64,000 nucleotides of DNA from Myxococcales bacterium (GTDB lineage: Bacteria > Myxococcota_A > Polyangia > Polyangiales > Polyangiaceae), in assembly GCA_043747615.1 (NCBI GenBank), contig JAYTOU010000086.1, positions 1 to 64,000 on the forward strand, in the 5' to 3' direction. The notes under the pieces were generated by a model that was given only the letters and a program-made list of their open reading frames with translations, was not told the DNA's origin and made no database searches. A program made the translations under genes and the position numbers. Shown here one piece after another: positions 58,912-64,000 of this stretch; position 1 is the first letter of the stretch, and each line of letters opens with the position of its first letter.

Positions 58912-61353
58912 ATGACCGACGCAAAAGCCCGCGTGGGCAGTGTTCTGAAAGGGAAGTGGCGCCTCGAGAAGCTCCTTGGGCTTGGCGGGAGCGCTGCGGT
59001 CTACCAAGCGTCGCACGTCAACAACGGCAAGCGCGCCGCCGTAAAGGTCCTTCACGCAGAGCTTTGTGCTCACGCCGAGCTCGTCGCGCGTTTTCTCAAG
59101 GAAGGTTATTTCACCAACAAGATCGGTCATCGCTGCGCGGTGTCGGTCATCGACGACGATCGCGCAGAGGACGGTGCCGTCTATCTCGTGATGGATCTTC
59201 TCGAAGGGCACTCGCTCGACAAGTACACGCGCAACAAGGAGCGGCTCCCTCTCTCCGAAATTCTCCGCGTGGCCGACGAGGTCCTTGATCTCCTCGCCGC
59301 CGCCCACGACGCGGGAATCATCCATCGCGACATCAAGCCGGAGAACATCTTCCTCACCAAGGATGGCTCGATCAAGGTCCTCGATTTCGGTATTGCGCGC
59401 TTGGCCGAAGCACCGACCGATGGATCGGGAACGCAGCTCGGCACGGGAATCGGTACGCCGTCGTACATGCCGCAAGAGCAGGCGCGCGGGCGGTGGAATT
59501 TGCTCGACGGTCGCTCCGATATCTATGCGATGGGCGCGACGATGTACGGGCTCTTCATCGGAGCCAAACCACGCCAAGCAGAGACGATCAACGAAGAGCT
59601 GCTCATGGCGATGACCTCGCCCATGAAGCCGATGTTAGAAGCCGCGCCGGAGGTGCCCGCCGAGATCGCGGCGGTGATCGACCGCGCGCTGGCTTTCGAG
59701 ATGGGCGCGCGCTGGACGAATGCGCGATCGATGCAGGACGCGCTTCGTAAGGTGTTGGCGCCCTCGCTCACGATTTCCCAGCTGGTTCCGGTTGCGCCGC
59801 CGGTTCCCGTGCCGCCTTCCTCTCCGCCCGCCGTCATGCCTTTGCCGCCTCCTTCCATCCCGATCGCTCTGCCGCGCGCGCCCAGCTATTCTCCGCCCCG
59901 CGCTGCGGGGATGAACATGCCGACCCCGATCGGACAGATGACTCCCCAGCCGCCGCCTCCGCCGCCGCCGCCGCCCGCGCCGAGCGCAGTGAGTCCTGCC
60001 CAAGTCCGCGTCCCGGGGCGCCCCCTCTCCCTTTCACGCCTGCGTTCGGGGAGCGTGTCGCAGCGCGTCTCCGGGACCCTCAGCCGTACGCCCGCCTTCA
60101 CCTCGCCGTGCAATCGACTCACGCTCAGCCACCACGCGCAGTACGGGTTCACGCTCATCGGGAGTCACTTGCCCCCCGACGACTCGCCGCGCCTGCGTGC
60201 ATACAGCCTCCAGCAAAAGCGCGTCGCCTGGGAAGCGATGGAAGGCGAGGACTGGCTCAAGGACCTGAAGCACATGAGCGTGATCGGGAGCAACGTCTTC
60301 GTCCCCCAGAACACGAACGTCACGTGCTTCGATCTCGCGACCGGTCAGCAGCGCTACGTGTGCCGCGTCCCCGAGAGGCTCGACATCAAGAGCGGCGGCG
60401 CGGATCAAGGCGCATCGATCGTCGAGGCAGGCGGCTTGATCCTGATGAAGACGGTGGGGCGAACGGTCATCGCGTTCGATCCACAGACGGGCAGGGAGCG
60501 GGCGCGGCGGCAGTTCCCCAACCCGGTGGACCTCTTCGTTCTCGACGGAGGGCAGCTCTTTGCCCGTTACGAGACCGAGGGCAAAGATGCCCGAGGGTTG
60601 CTTGAGTTCTTGAACCCCGCGACGCTCGAGAAGGCCACCGTCCTCGGGAAATCGTGGACGAACAACGAACGCGCGAGCATCGTCGAGGTCACGGTTGCGG
60701 GGCCCGCGCTCATCGCCCGCGTCGACAACTGGGGGCTCCTCGCATCGAAAGGAGTCGCCGTTCTCGATGCGGCCTCGGGGCGTGAGCAGCACTTTGAGCG
60801 CGTGAGGAACCTCGACGACGTGGTCATCCCCACCCAGGGCGCGGGCCGCATCTACTACGTCTCCAACCCCGGTCCGCAGCAGCAAATCAACGGAGCGCCG
60901 GGCGGGCTTCGCACCGGTGTGCCCCTCCCCAACCACCGGGCGATCGCGATGTTCATCGCGAACACCGTGCTCTTCCTGGTCCTCGAAGAAAACGGAACCG
61001 GCGTGCGTCGCCTCGTCGGGCTCGACCCGTCGACACTCGCGCCAAAGGTTCAGTTCGGCACGCTCGCCGCCTCGAGCGCGTCGGCCCGCCTCCAGCCCCG
61101 CGATCAAGCGAGGCACGTGATCGCTGCCGGGAACCTCGCCTTCTTCGTCCTCGAACGCGGCGATGGAAGCGCCGACGGTGAGCTCTATGCAGTCGACACC
61201 ACCACCGGCACGGCGGTGTGGACCCGCTCTACGCGCGACATCGGGTCGATCGAAGACTTCTTCTTCCTCGGCGGGTACCTCGTGCTTTGCGCCGCAGCGT
61301 CGCTCATGATCCTCGATCCGATGCGCGGCACCACCCTCGCGGAGTATCCCTAG
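58912..61353 (+). CDS. Soluble Ser/Thr protein kinase with Pro-rich linker and PQQ-like beta-propeller
   Basis: GLGGSAAVY, AVKVL, HRDIKPEN, DFGIA, GTPSYMPQEQ; poly-Pro at 59950-59976; repeats CFDLATG, AFDPQTG, VLDAASG, AVDTTTG..VW; no TM. Confidence 0.9.
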   Translation: MTDAKARVGSVLKGKWRLEKLLGLGGSAAVYQASHVNNGKRAAVKVLHAELCAHAELVARFLKEGYFTNKIGHRCAVSVIDDDRAEDGAVYLVMDLLEGHSLDKYTRNKERLPLSEILRVADEVLDLLAAAHDAGIIHRDIKPENIFLTKDGSIKVLDFGIARLAEAPTDGSGTQLGTGIGTPSYMPQEQARGRWNLLDGRSDIYAMGATMYGLFIGAKPRQAETINEELLMAMTSPMKPMLEAAPEVPAEIAAVIDRALAFEMGARWTNARSMQDALRKVLAPSLTISQLVPVAPPVPVPPSSPPAVMPLPPPSIPIALPRAPSYSPPRAAGMNMPTPIGQMTPQPPPPPPPPPAPSAVSPAQVRVPGRPLSLSRLRSGSVSQRVSGTLSRTPAFTSPCNRLTLSHHAQYGFTLIGSHLPPDDSPRLRAYSLQQKRVAWEAMEGEDWLKDLKHMSVIGSNVFVPQNTNVTCFDLATGQQRYVCRVPERLDIKSGGADQGASIVEAGGLILMKTVGRTVIAFDPQTGRERARRQFPNPVDLFVLDGGQLFARYETEGKDARGLLEFLNPATLEKATVLGKSWTNNERASIVEVTVAGPALIARVDNWGLLASKGVAVLDAASGREQHFERVRNLDDVVIPTQGAGRIYYVSNPGPQQQINGAPGGLRTGVPLPNHRAIAMFIANTVLFLVLEENGTGVRRLVGLDPSTLAPKVQFGTLAASSASARLQPRDQARHVIAAGNLAFFVLERGDGSADGELYAVDTTTGTAVWTRSTRDIGSIEDFFFLGGYLVLCAAASLMILDPMRGTTLAEYP

Positions 61354-62597
61354 ATCTCCTTCTTTTCGAGGGGCATCATGCGTTTAACGATGAGGCCTAC
61401 GGCAAGAAATCCGGCGGCGACGATCCATTCGCGGCCGCGCGCCGCAGTGAGGAGAGCGACGCTCACCACGATCGTCGGAGCCGCGGACCACGCACGCGCT
61501 GGGCTGAGGCCGAGCTCGCGTCGCCACCCGATGCGCGCCAGAGCAAGTGCCACCAGCAAGTACTGGGTGACGACCGCCAGGCTCGACAGCACGAAGAGCT
61601 CGGCGAGATCCCCGAGCGACACGATCGCTCCGACCAGGAGAAACGTCACGAGCAGGGCGGCTCGCGGAACGCCCGCTTCCGACATGCCCGAAAATCGGGT
61701 GCCTCGGGCGAGCGCGGCGAGGTAGCGCGGCGTCGTCACCATCATGCCGAGCGCGATACCGAGCGCAGACACGCTCGCGCCGACGCGGAGCACCTCGGCG
61801 AAGCGGTGGCCTCCGTAGACGAAGGCTGCATCGACGAGCGGAGCGGCGGAGGTTGCGAGCCCGGGCACGGCGACGACGGCGGCTCGCTGCACGGCGATGT
61901 AGAGGAGCGTAGCCAGGGCGAGCGAGCCGAGGACGGCGATGGGGATCGTGCGCGTGGGTGTTTTGGCGTGCCCGGCGATCACCGGAACGACCTCGAATCC
62001 CTGGTAGACGAACGTCGTCAGGAGAGCTGCGCGGAGCCACGAAACGTCACCGGTCACCGGGAGAGTCGCACCTACGGGCGACGCCCGAACGATCGCCGCC
62101 GCGGCGATGAGGCCGACCAGCGGCAGGAGCTTGAGAAGCGTGAGCGTCGTCCACGCCCGCGCGGAGAAGCGGAGTCCCGCGATGCAAGCCAGGGTGACCG
62201 CCGACAAGACGAAGAGCGCCGCGCCTCGAACACCCAGAGGATTCCTGTAGACTGCAGGCATCAGGGCGCGCGTCAATCCCGCCACGATCGCCGCGGTGCT
62301 GAAGAGCGAGCTCACGTACGCTAGCCACCCCACCACGAAGCCCGCCGAGTCACCGAAGGCGTGGCGCGCGTAGAGGACGGGACCGCCGTCGGCTTCGAAG
62401 CGGCTCCCGAGCGTGGCCACGGCGACGGCGACCGGCACGAGAGCGATTCCCGTCGCGGCCACCACAGTCACGCTTGCGCCTCCGGGTGCGAGCTGCGCGA
62501 TGTCCGCAGGCGCAAAGAAAATACCCACGCCGACGATGCCATTCACGCCAAGCGCGAGGAGAGCGAGCGTTCCGAGCGACTTCGTCTGCGCGGTCAC
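61350..62597 (-). CDS. APC family amino acid permease
   Basis: NGIVGVGIF, GGPVLYARHAFG, FVYQGFE, about 12 TMs. Confidence 0.9.
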   Translation of the reverse strand: MTAQTKSLGTLALLALGVNGIVGVGIFFAPADIAQLAPGGASVTVVAATGIALVPVAVAVATLGSRFEADGGPVLYARHAFGDSAGFVVGWLAYVSSLFSTAAIVAGLTRALMPAVYRNPLGVRGAALFVLSAVTLACIAGLRFSARAWTTLTLLKLLPLVGLIAAAAIVRASPVGATLPVTGDVSWLRAALLTTFVYQGFEVVPVIAGHAKTPTRTIPIAVLGSLALATLLYIAVQRAAVVAVPGLATSAAPLVDAAFVYGGHRFAEVLRVGASVSALGIALGMMVTTPRYLAALARGTRFSGMSEAGVPRAALLVTFLLVGAIVSLGDLAELFVLSSLAVVTQYLLVALALARIGWRRELGLSPARAWSAAPTIVVSVALLTAARGREWIVAAGFLAVGLIVKRMMPLEKKEI

Positions 62598-63178
62598 CCT
62601 CGGAGCATAGCCGCTAGCTTGACCTTTACGTCTGGCCACTCGCTATCGAGGATGCTGAAGACGACCGAGTCGCGCAGAGTGCCGCCGCGGACGATGCGCT
62701 GCTGGCGGAGGATCCCCTCTTGCTGGGCCCCGAGCCTTCCGATGGCCTTGCGCGAGCGCTCATTTTTCACGTCGGTGCAAAACTGCACGCGGATGCAGTA
62801 CCGCTTCTCGAAGGCGTGCTGGAGGAGGAGGAATTTGCACTCGGTGTTCACGCGGGTGCGCCACACCGACCGCGCGAGCCAGGTGTAGCCAATCTCCAGG
62901 TTGCGGTGCTCACGCCTGATGTCGAAGTAGCGCGTGCATCCCACGAGTCGCCCGCTCGCGCGCTCGACGACGGTGAACGGTACAGCGTTGTCTGCGTCGC
63001 GCTCGCGGATGGCATGCTCGCCAAACGCGCGAACCTGCTCGATCGTCGCGAGCGAGGTCGACAGGTGCCGCCAGACCAATTCCTCCTTGGCGACTTCGGC
63101 AAGCGCGTTCAGATGGTCGAGCTCGAACGGGATCAAGCTCACCGCCGTGCCTTCGAGAGTGATGGGCTCGTCTTGCAT
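62594..63178 (-). CDS. GNAT N-acetyltransferase (RimJ/RimL-like)
   Basis: LEIGYTWL, NTECKFLLLQHAFE, NERSRKAIGRLGA..EG.LR, RDSVVFSILDSEWP. Confidence 0.92.
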   Translation of the reverse strand: MQDEPITLEGTAVSLIPFELDHLNALAEVAKEELVWRHLSTSLATIEQVRAFGEHAIRERDADNAVPFTVVERASGRLVGCTRYFDIRREHRNLEIGYTWLARSVWRTRVNTECKFLLLQHAFEKRYCIRVQFCTDVKNERSRKAIGRLGAQQEGILRQQRIVRGGTLRDSVVFSILDSEWPDVKVKLAAMLRG

Positions 63179-63196
63179 GCGAAAGAAGTGCAGGAA

Positions 63197-63245
63197 ATCT
63201 GGTCTGGGATAAAGATCCAGAAATGACATTTCTGCTAGACCAGAT
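63197..63245. promoter_or_regulatory. Nested inverted repeats (probable operator) between divergent GNAT and enoyl-CoA hydratase genes
   Basis: ATCTGGTCT (63197-205) and AGACCAGAT (63237-245) enclose CAGAAATG-A-CATTTCTG (63218-234) and GGAT-AAAG-ATCC. Confidence 0.55.
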
Positions 63246-63266
63246 GCGCTGATGCTACGGTCGCCC

Positions 63267-63989
63267 ATGATCGAAATCACGATGGCGGGCCCCTCGAAAA
63301 ACGCGCTGAACGAATCGATGCTCACCTTCATCATCGATCGGCTGCGCGAGGCGGCCGGGCGTCCCGTGCTTCTCACCGGGACGGGCAACGCATTCTCGGC
63401 GGGGCTCGATCTCAAGCACTTGGTGGCACTCGACGAGCACGGAATGGAGGGCTTTCTCCGACTCCTCGAGGAGTGCATGGTTGCGCTTTATCTGTACCCA
63501 GGGCCGACGGTTGCCCTTTTGAACGGACACGCGATCGCGGGTGGGTGCGTCCTCACGCTCTGCTGCGATCGCCGGATCGTGATCAGCGATCCGTCTCTGA
63601 AGATCGGCCTCAACGAAGTCGCGCTTGGAGTGCGCTTTCCTCCGCGGACGCTCGCCATCGTGCGCCACCGCGTCCCCACCCAGCACCATGAGGAGGTGCT
63701 CCTCGGAGCTCAGCTCTTCGATCCGCCGAACGCGCTTCGTCTTGGTCTGGTCGACGAAATTCACACGATCGAATCCGCTCGGTCTCACGCGCTCGACATC
63801 GCACGTCAGCGGCTGCAGGCGCTCGCGTCCAGCCCGGCCGCAGCGTACGCGGCTACGAAAACGGATCTGCGAGGGACGAAAGAATCGCTGTGCTCCGACG
63901 CAGAGGAGGAGCGGCGCTTGAAGGGCTCGCTCGGAATGTGGACCTCGCCCGTGGTGAAGGAAAAAATCGCCGCTGCCCTCGCGCGCTGA
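63267..63989 (+). CDS. Enoyl-CoA hydratase/isomerase family protein
   Basis: KNALN, AFSAGLDL, NGHAIAGGCVL, IGLNEVALG, GLVDE. Confidence 0.92.
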   Translation: MIEITMAGPSKNALNESMLTFIIDRLREAAGRPVLLTGTGNAFSAGLDLKHLVALDEHGMEGFLRLLEECMVALYLYPGPTVALLNGHAIAGGCVLTLCCDRRIVISDPSLKIGLNEVALGVRFPPRTLAIVRHRVPTQHHEEVLLGAQLFDPPNALRLGLVDEIHTIESARSHALDIARQRLQALASSPAAAYAATKTDLRGTKESLCSDAEEERRLKGSLGMWTSPVVKEKIAAALAR

Positions 63990-64000
63990 AAACAGCGAAA

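Overview
Gene-dense, high-GC (roughly 65% by eye) bacterial chromosomal segment. Its gene content points to a myxobacterium, probably Polyangiales-like: Hanks-type Ser/Thr kinases, a MYXO-CTERM-like matrixin, a Tgl-like TPR lipoprotein, a mevalonate pathway and many lipoproteins. It holds about 60 CDS and two tRNAs (Phe-GAA, Leu-GAG, neither with encoded CCA). I see no transposase, integrase, phage gene or CRISPR array. Main blocks: (i) kinase-thiC-PilT-like-5'-nucleotidase-bioB; (ii) a minus-strand envelope/lipid run NUDIX-nadK-fabH-secreted protein-matrixin-lpxB-ArnT-like glycosyltransferase; (iii) a five-gene MoxR/DUF58/vWA cluster followed by glutamate-cysteine ligase; (iv) a divergent isoprenoid locus (fni | prenyl synthase-mvk-mvaD-pmk-HMGR) running straight into nfeD plus two flotillins and a sensor-less hybrid kinase; (v) a crp-tgl-rodZ-like-recO-pfkB-DUF971-murJ-engB housekeeping run; (vi) an accessory tail. 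The best candidate for an undescribed system is a tightly coupled four-gene cassette at 54380-58177: a ferritin-like di-iron protein apparently fused to an SxtJ-like membrane tail, an O-carbamoyltransferase, an SxtK/DUF5989-like peptide and a Zn-ribbon SAM methyltransferase. All calls come from motif recognition by eye; no database search was run, and start codons are best estimates.
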